A stretch of DNA of 64,000 nucleotides from an uncultured Poribacteria bacterium (GTDB taxonomy: Bacteria > Poribacteria > WGA-4E > WGA-3G): positions 2,784,001 to 2,848,000 of the forward strand of contig CATQHZ020000001.1 of assembly GCA_958296135.2 (NCBI GenBank). Direction: 5' to 3'. The notes beneath the pieces are model-generated. The model searched no databases and was not told where the DNA came from. It was given only the letters and a program-made list of their open reading frames with translations. Positions 19,002 to 28,986 of this stretch are shown here, piece after piece; positions within the stretch are counted from its first letter, which is position 1, and the number at the start of each line of letters is the position of its first letter. Position numbers and translations under genes: made by a program.

Positions 19002-19139
19002 TTTCTAGTCCCCAATTCATATAGCACGTAGCGCGGGGGCCTGTCTCCCGCGCGCCGGGGCCCTGCGCGGAACAGGACTCGCGCCACGGGCATGCGGAAC
19101 GGTTGGGAAAACACCCCGGTTTCATGCTCATCTTGTTAA

Positions 19140-20495
19140 TCACCGTTGCAACCGCTCAACTAACTCCTCGCGCGTGACAGGTTCATCAAACGCCATCAGG
19201 TAGATGTGAAACGTATCGCTCCTATCGGAAACGAAAGCGAGATGCCGGCCGTCAGGAGAGAAAGCCGGATGGATAGACACGCCGATGTCGCCAGTTATCC
19301 GTCGTGGATTCTTCCCATCGGCATCGATGAGATAAATCTCCATGTCGCCATCCCGCGCCGAGACATACGCAATCGTCTTGCCATCGGGAGAGACGGTGGG
19401 ATTATAGCAATCGTAACGGTTCGGGTTGAAATGCTGCTCGTTTTTCCCATCAATGTCTATCGTGTAGAGTTGATTCACCTCATTCCTTGAGGAGACGAAG
19501 ATAATCCGCTGTCCATCGGGAAAGAAGGCTGGACTTCCGTCGTCTGTTTCGTTGAAAGTGATGCGCTTCGGCTGAATTTTATCAGGCGTAACTTGCCCCA
19601 GGTCAAGCCCCTCCAATTCAAGCAGATATAACTCAAGGTTGCCATCGGCGTTCGATTCGTAAACTACCTGATTGGCGGTAGGCGACGTGCGCGGCACGCG
19701 CGCACCGAAACTCACCGGCAAAACGACACGCGTCATCTTACTATGGATGTGTGTCACGTTAAAAGCGGAATAAATCGGCGTTGAGCCGCTGCTCTGGATG
19801 ACAATCTTCACCTCACGTGAAGACTTCGGCTCACTACTATAGAAGATATAGTTGGGTGTCTTCAAAAACGCCGGCGAACTATCGTTAAAATCGGTTGTAA
19901 ATGTGACTCGTTTTCGGATGCGCCCGTTTAAATCCATCAGATAGATTTCGCCGTTGTCCAATCTGAACGATGCAAAGGCAATCTGCGTACCATCCGGCGA
20001 GAAGGTAGGCGAATAGTTATCGGAATCGCCGTGCGTCAACTGTTTCGTCTTGTAGTTATCCCCCACCAACGCCGTAATCTCGCGCAAGACAGCCGCATCC
20101 GACGTGCCGTGTAGAACAAGCCGGAGCACACGAAAGGCGGAGTCTCTGTCGCCGAATTTGAGGTAGGTGCGTGCCAAGCTTAAGCGCGCTTCCACCCGTT
20201 CCGCCGGTCGCGCCGCATAGAGTTGTGAGGCCAGGAGGAACTGCTCCAGCGCGTCGTTGTAGCGTCCGAGTGCGTCATACGCCTCGCCAAGCAACATGCG
20301 TGCCTTCGGATGTTCCGGTTTGTTCTCAATAAACGCCTCAAGCTGCTCAGCGGCATCCTGCGGCATCCCGATTTGCAGGAGTTTCTCTGCCTCTCCGAGA
20401 TGCCTATCTTCCATGCCTTGGCATCCGAACGCGAAGACAGCCAGGATAAGCAAAAATTTCTGTATTCCTTTACGGAGCCGTGTGGGGGTTCTCAC
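19140..20495 (-). CDS. TPR plus TolB-like PD40 repeat lipoprotein
   Basis: Lipobox AFGC; TPR helices; repeated SPTFSPDG, PAFSPDG; GTG start with RBS gagga. Confidence 0.8.
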   Translation of the reverse strand: MRTPTRLRKGIQKFLLILAVFAFGCQGMEDRHLGEAEKLLQIGMPQDAAEQLEAFIENKPEHPKARMLLGEAYDALGRYNDALEQFLLASQLYAARPAERVEARLSLARTYLKFGDRDSAFRVLRLVLHGTSDAAVLREITALVGDNYKTKQLTHGDSDNYSPTFSPDGTQIAFASFRLDNGEIYLMDLNGRIRKRVTFTTDFNDSSPAFLKTPNYIFYSSEPKSSREVKIVIQSSGSTPIYSAFNVTHIHSKMTRVVLPVSFGARVPRTSPTANQVVYESNADGNLELYLLELEGLDLGQVTPDKIQPKRITFNETDDGSPAFFPDGQRIIFVSSRNEVNQLYTIDIDGKNEQHFNPNRYDCYNPTVSPDGKTIAYVSARDGDMEIYLIDADGKNPRRITGDIGVSIHPAFSPDGRHLAFVSDRSDTFHIYLMAFDEPVTREELVERLQR

Positions 20496-20557
20496 GCCAT
20501 TTCCTCGTTGGGCAAATTTCGTCAGAGACTTCCGCCGAGATTCGCCACAAAAATCTT

Positions 20558-20983
20558 TCAATGCCGAACCGATACAGAAGCCCGGCGGCCGCGCCACCCA
20601 TCGATGACAGCATACAGCCAGCAGAGCCCTGCCTGAATGAGCGCGCTAATCTTCAACTTCCAAGAGGGCCGAAACATCAACTTTTCGCCATCGTCAAATG
20701 TCCAGAGGTGAATGGCATAGTCTGTGCCCTCTTCCTTTTCGGAATCAAGTTCGGAGGTGCCGCCTACGGGTGCCGGTTCAAACCGCAGCAAATCGCGCCA
20801 CTCCGCCACGGGTAGTGAATTGATATAGAACAGACCGGATGCCGAGATGAAAACGAAGAAGAGCACCGCGCCTTTCGCGAATTGGCCCAAGTAAAACTGC
20901 CCAATCCCTGGCAAAATCGCAGAGAGGCACATCGCGATGTAGGAACGCCCGCCTGAACGGGACATCGGTTTCGGGGCTGCCAT
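20558..20983 (-). CDS. Small membrane protein (TM2/DUF5683-like)
   Basis: LSAILPGIGQFYLGQ..KG motif; two hydrophobic regions. Confidence 0.65.
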   Translation of the reverse strand: MAAPKPMSRSGGRSYIAMCLSAILPGIGQFYLGQFAKGAVLFFVFISASGLFYINSLPVAEWRDLLRFEPAPVGGTSELDSEKEEGTDYAIHLWTFDDGEKLMFRPSWKLKISALIQAGLCWLYAVIDGWRGRRASVSVRH

Positions 20984-20989
20984 TTATCG

Positions 20990-21355
20990 CTACTCTCCTT
21001 GCGCTACGAGGTAAACGCCGATGCAGATGACCAGGGCACCAATCACGCGAACTCTGGGGATGGATTCTTTGAACAGCATCCACGAAAAAAGAATGGACAG
21101 CACATACCCGGCACTCAGCATCGGATAGGCGATGCTCAATTTGACACGCGAGAGAATTACCAGCCAGACAAGCGTCGTAAACCCATATATCGCAATGCCG
21201 CTGAGGATATAGGGGTTCAGAAACGCCTGCGTCAGTTTCGGGAGCGCGTTCCGCACATTGTCAATACGGCCAATCAGGTTCATCCCCTGTTTGAACAAGA
21301 TTTGCCCGATGACAGTCAATAAAACGTTAAAAAATAGGAGCAAAAAGTCTTTCAT
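20990..21355 (-). CDS. EamA/SMR-type (ArnE/ArnF-like) small DMT transporter
   Basis: Four TM helices; GQILFKQG, LSIAYPMLS, LFKESI. Confidence 0.85.
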   Translation of the reverse strand: MKDFLLLFFNVLLTVIGQILFKQGMNLIGRIDNVRNALPKLTQAFLNPYILSGIAIYGFTTLVWLVILSRVKLSIAYPMLSAGYVLSILFSWMLFKESIPRVRVIGALVICIGVYLVAQGE

Positions 21356-21361
21356 GAGAGT

Positions 21362-21390
21362 ATTGTATCATATTTCAACGATTTTTGCAA
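21362..21390 (-). promoter_or_regulatory. Sigma70 promoter TTGCAA-17-TACAAT, probably giving a leaderless transcript
   Basis: Extended -10 (TG); ATG lies 6 nt after the -10 box; no RBS. Confidence 0.6.
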
Positions 21391-21526
21391 TTTTTTTGTT
21401 GTTGTTCAGGCCTATTTAGTTTTCGATTTCCGGTCTTGCCATGGTAAGGGCGGATTTCTATCTTCGCCCATGTTTTCGCGCAAGGGTTCAGCGGAGAACT
21501 GAAGGGTTCTGGCTGTTGTTGAGAAC

Positions 21527-23734
21527 CTACAGATTGTAGAGATACGTCACCTTCACCACAAGCACGCGATTATCCAACGCACCGCTGTGCCACGCTTCGT
21601 TATAGGCGACGAAGAAATGGCTCTTCGGACTGTATTCCCAACCGAACAAGAGGCTCAGCAGATAATTCTCACGGGGAACGGCGGAGAGAGGACGTTCGCG
21701 GCCGGCTTGCGCGAAGCCCCGCAGGAACGTCTCACGCGTAAACAAGTAGGTGGCGCGCAAGGAACTGACGAAAAATCTACCATCAATCGCGCCTTCCAAG
21801 TCAAGACTCTGCGCATAACTGCTGTCTAATTCTACCGAGAAATTGCTGCGAGGACGAAGGGTTGTCTCAAGGATAATCCCCCGCTGTTTGCCCGCCTGCT
21901 GGCGCGTGAAGTTAAAATAGTCGGAGAACGTCATTCCCATCCCAACTTCAACCGGCTTTGTGGCATTCGTATCAACAAAAAACCCATAGCCGTTCACTGT
22001 GAAAACCTCGGTGAGTTCAACCTCTCGGCTGCGGTAGTAATACGCCTTGATGTCATCAAAAAAATTCTCCCTGAACCCCAGACTCACATCAGCGCGGACG
22101 TACCACCGCAACACGTCTTCGTCAAACTCAGGCGAGATGGATAATTCAGGATTGCGCGATTGCCAGGTTGTAAAATATTCTGGATGATAGAGGCTTTGCG
22201 AGAGGCGCGTGCTGAGGCTCGCATAAATCTCCCGCGTCCCCCACTGCGGCGAATAGGAACTCCGCAGATAGATGCGCTGCCACCCGCGATGCCGCTCCTT
22301 GCGGAGAAACCCGGTCTGGTTGATGTCAAAATTCGGCGCGACGCGCTCCAGCCCCACAAGGCCGCTCCAGAGATAATTCCGCTGCGCAAAATCCACGGTA
22401 TACGCAAAGTTGTCCGTATCCTCGCCCGGATGGAAACTGCCGGCATATTGCCCGGTAAGATGGTAGGTTTTACCGAGCGCGAGATTCATGTCAACGCCGC
22501 CGACGCGGCTGTGCGTATCCGCTTGCTCCTTGTTCGCTACCAAAATCCCGACGTTAGAACGTTTGAGGATGTCCCGTTTGAGCCGTATCGCCGAAAACCA
22601 TGCTGCCTCTGCCCCAGATTGTATGGACGAATCTGTTTCATTGAAAAGCCCGAATGCACCGGTTTGGTTTCCCAGAACGCCGATGGAATAATCGCCGACT
22701 TTGCCGGTAAGTTTGCCGCCCCACAAGATATTGCCGCGGCTACCGATGCGGCGACTAAACATCAAATGATAGGGTGTCTCAAAAAAACTGTTGCCCTCAA
22801 CAAAAAAGGGACGTTTTTCGGGAAACCGCGTCGGAAACCGGGTCAGGTTAATCTCCAGCTGGTCTGCCTCAACTTGTGCGAAGTCTGGATTCAGCGTCAC
22901 GTTCGCCTTCAGCGCACTAGTGAGATTGTATTGGATATCCACGCCAGTGCCGAGTTGCGCATCGACAGACGCACCTGATTCCCCGGAGCCACCGCCTAAC
23001 AAATAGGGAGAAATTTCAAAGTTTTTCCCAGTATCAATATCATAAATCCCCACCATGTGCCCGAGGTCGGACATCCGCGTGACAACACCGGCTTGCGTCA
23101 ACTGCTTCCACACCGTGACTTCGCTTTTCCGGCGGTTAACCCGCTCAACGTCAAAACCCCAAGTTTGCGTCGGTTTATCGGTAAATCGGAAGTTGGCGAA
23201 CGGAATCTTAAACTCCGCTGTCCAGCCAAGTTCATCAATGTGGCCCTCCACCCACCAGATGCCTTTCCAATTGCTATCGCGGCGCGTATCCTCGTAACGA
23301 TAGTTATCGCTCTGGATGCCGCCGGGAGTTGTGGCGAATTTGTAGCCGGTACGATGGTCATGGTGCGGGTCCAGAAAGAAAGAGATGACATCGGATTCGT
23401 AGACATCGCCGCGCCGCGTGATGCGGTTGATGACTTGCTCTGGTTCAGCATCGTAGCATCGGAAGGCGACATAGAGGTGATGCGCATCATAGGCGATGCG
23501 GAATGCGGTATCGGCGGTAGCAGATTCACCGCGCGCGGGTTCCAATTGAACGAAACCGCTGACAGGTTTAGCGTGTTGCCAAGCCGGATCGTCAAGTTTA
23601 CCGTCAATGCGCGGCGGTTCACCGGTAATGCGATAGGCCGCAACGACATGCTCGCCTGTGCCTTCCTGATGCGCACATAGGAGCATCGGACATAAAAGCG
23701 ATAGCAGTATGAAAATGGTTATGAGTTTTCGCAT
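21527..23734 (-). CDS. CBM9-like plus DUF5916 outer membrane protein
   Basis: PRIDGKLDDPAW, GWTAEFKIPF, NPDFAQVEAD, FPEKRPFFVEG; signal peptide. Confidence 0.88.
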   Translation of the reverse strand: MRKLITIFILLSLLCPMLLCAHQEGTGEHVVAAYRITGEPPRIDGKLDDPAWQHAKPVSGFVQLEPARGESATADTAFRIAYDAHHLYVAFRCYDAEPEQVINRITRRGDVYESDVISFFLDPHHDHRTGYKFATTPGGIQSDNYRYEDTRRDSNWKGIWWVEGHIDELGWTAEFKIPFANFRFTDKPTQTWGFDVERVNRRKSEVTVWKQLTQAGVVTRMSDLGHMVGIYDIDTGKNFEISPYLLGGGSGESGASVDAQLGTGVDIQYNLTSALKANVTLNPDFAQVEADQLEINLTRFPTRFPEKRPFFVEGNSFFETPYHLMFSRRIGSRGNILWGGKLTGKVGDYSIGVLGNQTGAFGLFNETDSSIQSGAEAAWFSAIRLKRDILKRSNVGILVANKEQADTHSRVGGVDMNLALGKTYHLTGQYAGSFHPGEDTDNFAYTVDFAQRNYLWSGLVGLERVAPNFDINQTGFLRKERHRGWQRIYLRSSYSPQWGTREIYASLSTRLSQSLYHPEYFTTWQSRNPELSISPEFDEDVLRWYVRADVSLGFRENFFDDIKAYYYRSREVELTEVFTVNGYGFFVDTNATKPVEVGMGMTFSDYFNFTRQQAGKQRGIILETTLRPRSNFSVELDSSYAQSLDLEGAIDGRFFVSSLRATYLFTRETFLRGFAQAGRERPLSAVPRENYLLSLLFGWEYSPKSHFFVAYNEAWHSGALDNRVLVVKVTYLYNL

Positions 23735-23895
23735 GCAGTTAATGATAATTGAGATTGGGTTTGGGGTCAAGTTCTTTGTTTTCAAGCCTCGTTCTCGCGA
23801 TGGTTCAGGGCAGATTACGGTTCAGTAGCGTCCTATATTTTTCTTGCTTTTTGTTAAAAAAAACGTTAAACTCATATCGCAAAAGGAGCAGAATC

Positions 23896-24684
23896 ATGAT
23901 TGAACTCACACGCGAAGAGATTGAATTTTTCAGAGATAACGGCTACCTGGTCAAACGAAACGTCCTTGACCCGGGGCTCATGGAACGCGCGCGGACGCGC
24001 CTCTGGGAGGGCGCGCCGGAAGGCCGTACTCGCGAAAATCCTGAAACATGGAGAGGCCCCTTCGCGCCGGAAGAAGAGAACGATGCATCGGAAAATAGAC
24101 GGAAGGGCTTCCGCTGGAACTTCCGGGAACCAGGCGGCGAAGCGTGGATGGTGCGCCTCCTCGCCACCGATGCGAACGTCTGGCGGATGGCAGAGCAGTT
24201 TTTAGGTGAGGGGAATCTGGTGCAACCCGAGCGCGTGCGCGGTATCTACTGCACACTGCCATACGGCGATGTCCCGAAGAAATCGATCGGGTGTCATGTT
24301 GACGCGCACCCCTTTCACCTCGGCGTTGTCGGCTATATTGACGCTGTACCACCGGAGGGCGGCGGGTTCACCGTCTGGCCTGGCAGCCACCGCACGTTCT
24401 ATTACGATTATTATTCGCAGTATAAGAACGAGCCGAAACCAGAATATGACACTGACCGGGAGCGTATCAGCAGAGAACCGGGCGTTGATTGCTATGGCAA
24501 CGCGGGCGATATTGTGTTCTGGCATCACCGCATCGGGCATGCTGCTGGACATAACTACTCCCGGCAGATTCGGCAGGCGGTGCTCTACGATTTCCGGAAG
24601 ACAGAGTTGGCACAGACGCAGGAGGAACCACCGAACGAAGATATGTGGCGTGATTGGCCGGGCATTAAGGCGTTAGGGTTGTAG
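23896..24684 (+). CDS. Phytanoyl-CoA dioxygenase (PhyH) family Fe(II)/2OG oxygenase
   Basis: FFRDNGYLV, HVD, GGFTVWPGSH, GDIVFWH..GH; RBS aaggag. Confidence 0.85.
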   Translation: MIELTREEIEFFRDNGYLVKRNVLDPGLMERARTRLWEGAPEGRTRENPETWRGPFAPEEENDASENRRKGFRWNFREPGGEAWMVRLLATDANVWRMAEQFLGEGNLVQPERVRGIYCTLPYGDVPKKSIGCHVDAHPFHLGVVGYIDAVPPEGGGFTVWPGSHRTFYYDYYSQYKNEPKPEYDTDRERISREPGVDCYGNAGDIVFWHHRIGHAAGHNYSRQIRQAVLYDFRKTELAQTQEEPPNEDMWRDWPGIKALGL

Positions 24685-24757
24685 ACGCGGCAGCACGTAT
24701 TGAGTCTCATCGCACCTCCGGTAGGCGCGCTTTGAAAGCGCGCCTACCAACGCCTTT

Positions 24758-25579
24758 TCATCGCAGCCCCAATTCCTGCAATGTCCCCGCCATCATCTCG
24801 TAAGCGATGCGCGCCTTCTCCATTCGCATGTGCGGGAAAGTCTCCACCGAAATGTATTTATCGTAGCCCACCCTACCCAAACTCTCGGCAAAGGTGCGGA
24901 AATCCAACTCGTCACCCGCCTCGCCGGGGATGAGGAAGGCGCTATAAGGATACATCCCCGTCACGCCTTTGACATGGCAGTGCGCCGTGAGCGAGCCCAG
25001 TTTCTCAGTCACCTCCGCAATGTCCTCGCCGAGGTGATAGAAATTGGTGATGTCGTTGAGTGCCTTCAAGGCATCAGACGCGACATGCTCAATGAGCAAG
25101 GTAACTTTGGAGGAAGCATCGATTGTCGTTGCCTCGTGGTTGTGGATGTGCATCGTGATGCCGAGTTCCTCGGCGCGGCGGCAGATCGGCTTCAGCACGT
25201 CAACGAGCAGCCGCCATGCAAACGCGTCACCTTTATCGCCGCCGTAACCGGTGAGGAAATTAACGCCGTGCGCCCCCAAAGCCACTGCTACATCTTGGAG
25301 CAAAGCATAATGGTCTGTCGCGTTTTGCTTATCCTCCAATGCAAGTTGATACAAGCCTTTCCCTGTAAACGGATTAATGACAGAAACCTTTAATCCGTGG
25401 TCTTCCGTCATCGCCTTCACTGTTTTGAGCAGCTCGCCGCTCACTTTTCCAGACAGAATGTGTGCTTCGGGGCCGCACATCATTTCAATCGCATCGTAGC
25501 CGACTTCGGCGAGGATGCCGATAACTTGTCTAAGCGGCAGGTCTTTCATCCCGCCTGCATGGTAAGAGATACCTATCAT
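24758..25579 (-). CDS. Sugar phosphate isomerase/epimerase (xylose isomerase-like TIM barrel)
   Basis: GYDAIE, HNHE, HCHVKG, GYDKYISVE. Confidence 0.85.
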   Translation of the reverse strand: MIGISYHAGGMKDLPLRQVIGILAEVGYDAIEMMCGPEAHILSGKVSGELLKTVKAMTEDHGLKVSVINPFTGKGLYQLALEDKQNATDHYALLQDVAVALGAHGVNFLTGYGGDKGDAFAWRLLVDVLKPICRRAEELGITMHIHNHEATTIDASSKVTLLIEHVASDALKALNDITNFYHLGEDIAEVTEKLGSLTAHCHVKGVTGMYPYSAFLIPGEAGDELDFRTFAESLGRVGYDKYISVETFPHMRMEKARIAYEMMAGTLQELGLR

Positions 25580-25885
25580 TTGGCAGAACCTCCTTCGTGA
25601 ATCGCCGAGCGAACGGATAGTATTAGATGTCGATCGTGCGTTTCCAACCGATAGAGCCGTGAAAGCACAATGTGACTTTATCCTCTTTTACGTTGACACA
25701 GACCGGGAATGTCTCGTTATCGTCCCAATGGAACTCAAGTTCAGGCAGCGCGATGCAGTTATGAAGGCAATATAGCCGCCGCACTGAAGAAGTCACATTT
25801 TTGACGATACCCGCGCGAATCTTTCATCAGCGAATAGGACGAGGGACAGCCCTCGCCCTACAGAACACGCAACGGAATAGGAATC

Positions 25886-26824
25886 CTACACCGCCAACGC
25901 CGCAAACAATGCCTTGATATAACCAACCGAATATGCTAACCCGACATCTCCCTCCAATTTCGGGATGTGATCCGCGTTAATGCATCCGTCAAACCCGACT
26001 TTCTGTAACTCGCCGACGATTTTGAACATGTTCATATCGCCATCGTCAAGGAGGACCTCCTCGAAAGCACCCGCTGTCGCGAGACTGCCGCGCACGTTCC
26101 GCAGATGAACCATAAAGATGCGGCCCTTGCGGCCATAGTTGTTGATTTCATCAAGCACGATAGCACTCCCACCGGCTTCCGCACGAGTGCCGCAGCAGTA
26201 AAGGTAACCCACATTTCTGCTCGGAAACGCGTCAATAACGCGATGAAAACCGAGGCTGCCCAGAGGCGTATCCGGGTTCGGCACATCTGATGGATGAATG
26301 GCGAGCTGGATACCGGATGCATCGGCAATTGGAACGAGGGCCCCATAAATCTCGCAGAAACGTTCCCACCACGCTTCAAGTTCTTCCATCGTTGGGGTGG
26401 GCGGCGGATTTTTTGTGGCGGCGCGACTTTCGCCACGGGAAGTATAGCCGCCTCTATGCACGGCGGAATAGCGCGTCATCAGGGAGTCAAACGTATCGCC
26501 CCAGAAACGTTGCCGCGCGATAGGCACACCGGCTTCAGCGAAAACACGGAGCGCGTTGCACGTATTCTCTAAATCTTTCTCACCACCGGGTTGTCCCTTC
26601 ATGAACTTCTCGGTGATATTCGGAAGCGTGACGCGGTTGATGTCCAAACCCCAAGAACGGATGCGCTGTTTAATCTTCAGGAGCTCATCCAAATCGGGGT
26701 AACCCTGTTCGTTCACGCCGGGGAAAGAGCCCCCGTTCCCGAAATCGATGCAATCGGCACCGAGTTGCGTGACCTGTCTCAGGTAGGCATCTGAAAGCCC
26801 ACCATCCCATACGGATATTTTCAT
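25886..26824 (-). CDS. Mannonate dehydratase (UxuA-like) family protein
   Basis: LAIHPSDVP, YCCGT, MVHLRNVRG, DGDMNM, ADHIP. Confidence 0.8.
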   Translation of the reverse strand: MKISVWDGGLSDAYLRQVTQLGADCIDFGNGGSFPGVNEQGYPDLDELLKIKQRIRSWGLDINRVTLPNITEKFMKGQPGGEKDLENTCNALRVFAEAGVPIARQRFWGDTFDSLMTRYSAVHRGGYTSRGESRAATKNPPPTPTMEELEAWWERFCEIYGALVPIADASGIQLAIHPSDVPNPDTPLGSLGFHRVIDAFPSRNVGYLYCCGTRAEAGGSAIVLDEINNYGRKGRIFMVHLRNVRGSLATAGAFEEVLLDDGDMNMFKIVGELQKVGFDGCINADHIPKLEGDVGLAYSVGYIKALFAALAV

Positions 26825-26930
26825 AGTTTTTTCCTCGTTAAAAAGCGGGGTTTGGGGATGTCTCAGCACAGCGAGGGGAACCCTCGGCGATTCGCGCTCG
26901 CCGGGCCCGCGCCCTCCGGTAAACGACGGT

Positions 26931-27944
26931 CTATTGGCCAATCGGCAACGCAACCGGTTGGCCACTTTCGACGGACTGATACGCCGCCAAAGCGATTTCA
27001 ACGGCAGCGCGCCCATCAACACCGGTAACCGGCGGCGGTGTATCGTTCCGGATTGCGTCAACGAAAACGCGGATTTCCTCCTGTACCGGCGGCGGCACCT
27101 TAATATCCGCAATCTTCAGATGTCGGCTTTCGCTGTCAAACGGCTTAATCTGAATAGTTGCATCGCCGCCCCAAATCTGTGGAAAATAGAGCGAGCCGCC
27201 TTCGCAATCCACACGGCCGCCATACCCACCCACGGCAGAGACATGGCTGGAATGGAGTAAACCGACGGCACCATTTTTAAACTGCAGTGAAGCAAGCACA
27301 ACATCGGGATAGTCGCTCTCTTGTTGGAGATACTGCCCACCGGCAGCATAGACAGAGGCGACATCGCCGCATGTCCAGCGCATAAAGTCAATTTCGTGCG
27401 CGTTGATTTCCATGAGGCTGCCCCCCGATTTCGCGCGTTGTAATCGCCACGGCGTGTGATGCCCGCCGCTCCGCCACGGCCCGCCAATCCGATGCACCAT
27501 CATGCAGACAGGCGCGCCTAATTCACCGCTACGCACAATCTCGCGAACCGCAGAATGAGTCGCATGGTAACGGCAGACAAGCCCGATAGTGAGTTTGACG
27601 CTGTTTTCCGTTGCGGCGGCTATCATCGCATCGCACGCGTCTAACGTCGGTGCCATCGGTTTCTCGGAGAAGACATGCTTGCCGGCGGTGGCCGCGTCAA
27701 CAGCCATCGGGCTGTGCAAAAACGGCGGCGAAGCGATAAGCACGGCGCGAATGCTGTCATCGGCGAGCAGTTCGTGGTAATCTACGGTATAGGTTGCCCC
27801 GAGGTCTTCGGCGAGCTTCTTCGCCAGAGACTCCTGCAAATCGCTGACGGTGACAACCTCTATGCCTTCAACGGCGTGCGCGCTGGTAGCGAGGCTTCTG
27901 CCCATACCGCCGCAACCGATAACGCCAATTCCGATCGTTTCCAT
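26931..27944 (-). CDS. Gfo/Idh/MocA family oxidoreductase
   Basis: GVIGCGGMG, GKHVFSEKPMA, GGSLME..HEID. Confidence 0.92.
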   Translation of the reverse strand: METIGIGVIGCGGMGRSLATSAHAVEGIEVVTVSDLQESLAKKLAEDLGATYTVDYHELLADDSIRAVLIASPPFLHSPMAVDAATAGKHVFSEKPMAPTLDACDAMIAAATENSVKLTIGLVCRYHATHSAVREIVRSGELGAPVCMMVHRIGGPWRSGGHHTPWRLQRAKSGGSLMEINAHEIDFMRWTCGDVASVYAAGGQYLQQESDYPDVVLASLQFKNGAVGLLHSSHVSAVGGYGGRVDCEGGSLYFPQIWGGDATIQIKPFDSESRHLKIADIKVPPPVQEEIRVFVDAIRNDTPPPVTGVDGRAAVEIALAAYQSVESGQPVALPIGQ

Positions 27945-28035
27945 AATTTTTCTCCATGCAGAAGATATCGAGACGCGGGAAATCCGCTACCAAATCCAGA
28001 CTAGGGGCTCTCCGCCGGGAGAGATGCGAGGAATG

Positions 28036-28887
28036 CTATCTTCTTCTCGCCTTGATATGCCCCCACGTAACGCTCAGCTGATCTGCGGATGGACTCACAT
28101 CAAGTCCTTCTGCATCCATGTTGTTTTTCACTTCGGCCGCGCTCAGGACGCGTTCATAGATGCGGAATTCGTCAATATATCCCTGGATAGTATCGCAATC
28201 GCATCCATCCGACCGGTCGCCGATACCGAGCAGCAGCCCACCTTTCGGCAATTTACCACCCTTCATGGTATACTTTTTCTTCTGTTGCCCATTCACGTAG
28301 TAGTGGACTGTCTCGCCATCGTAAGTGCCGGCAAGATGCAGCCACTGCTCAAGCGGGATATCCTCCAGCACGTTATCTTGTGCAGCCTGCGTTGATTTGC
28401 CGCCCGCCCGAACGAAAAAGCCGTGCTGATTGTCATCATCGTCGTAATAGAGGCTGGCAACCGCGCTGTTCGTCGGCATATCATCAAGCGAGATAATGCG
28501 GTTCCAACTATCATCCAACGCGGTGATGTAGACCCAACATTCCAGCGTAATCTCATGCCAATCTCGGTTAATTTTCGGCGGTTCGGCATCTTCCACAAGA
28601 AACCGGTCAACGCTGCCATCAAATAAAATACACTCGCCGACTTTGCAATCGGCAGCAGGGGCCAACTCCGGGTCACCGAAAACAGCGGCGGCGAGCCCGG
28701 ACAAAAGGTCTGTCGCCTGTTTTTTGATTTGCACCGTGTCTTTGTCGAAGGACCAGTAGGCGACTAATCCATCTTCAACTGCGCCGACAAGTGCATCAGC
28801 AGGCTGCAGCGGCGCGAAAAGGATAAACAGGAACGCGGTTGTCATCTGAATCCAGCCGAAACACGCCTTGATACTTTTCAGAAACAT
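28036..28887 (-). CDS. Secreted LamG/concanavalin-like domain protein
   Basis: GLVAYWSFD, WLHLAGTYDG..YVNG, GYIDEFRIY; C-terminal VSP..QLSVTWGHIK. Confidence 0.85.
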   Translation of the reverse strand: MFLKSIKACFGWIQMTTAFLFILFAPLQPADALVGAVEDGLVAYWSFDKDTVQIKKQATDLLSGLAAAVFGDPELAPAADCKVGECILFDGSVDRFLVEDAEPPKINRDWHEITLECWVYITALDDSWNRIISLDDMPTNSAVASLYYDDDDNQHGFFVRAGGKSTQAAQDNVLEDIPLEQWLHLAGTYDGETVHYYVNGQQKKKYTMKGGKLPKGGLLLGIGDRSDGCDCDTIQGYIDEFRIYERVLSAAEVKNNMDAEGLDVSPSADQLSVTWGHIKARRR

Positions 28888-28986
28888 GAGACTCTCCTTT
28901 GTTTGTTCGCTGTCAGTTGAGCACCAACAGAACTGACGCAAAAACCCAATATCCCCGTAGGCTCTGGCTAGCATCGAAGGCGGCTG

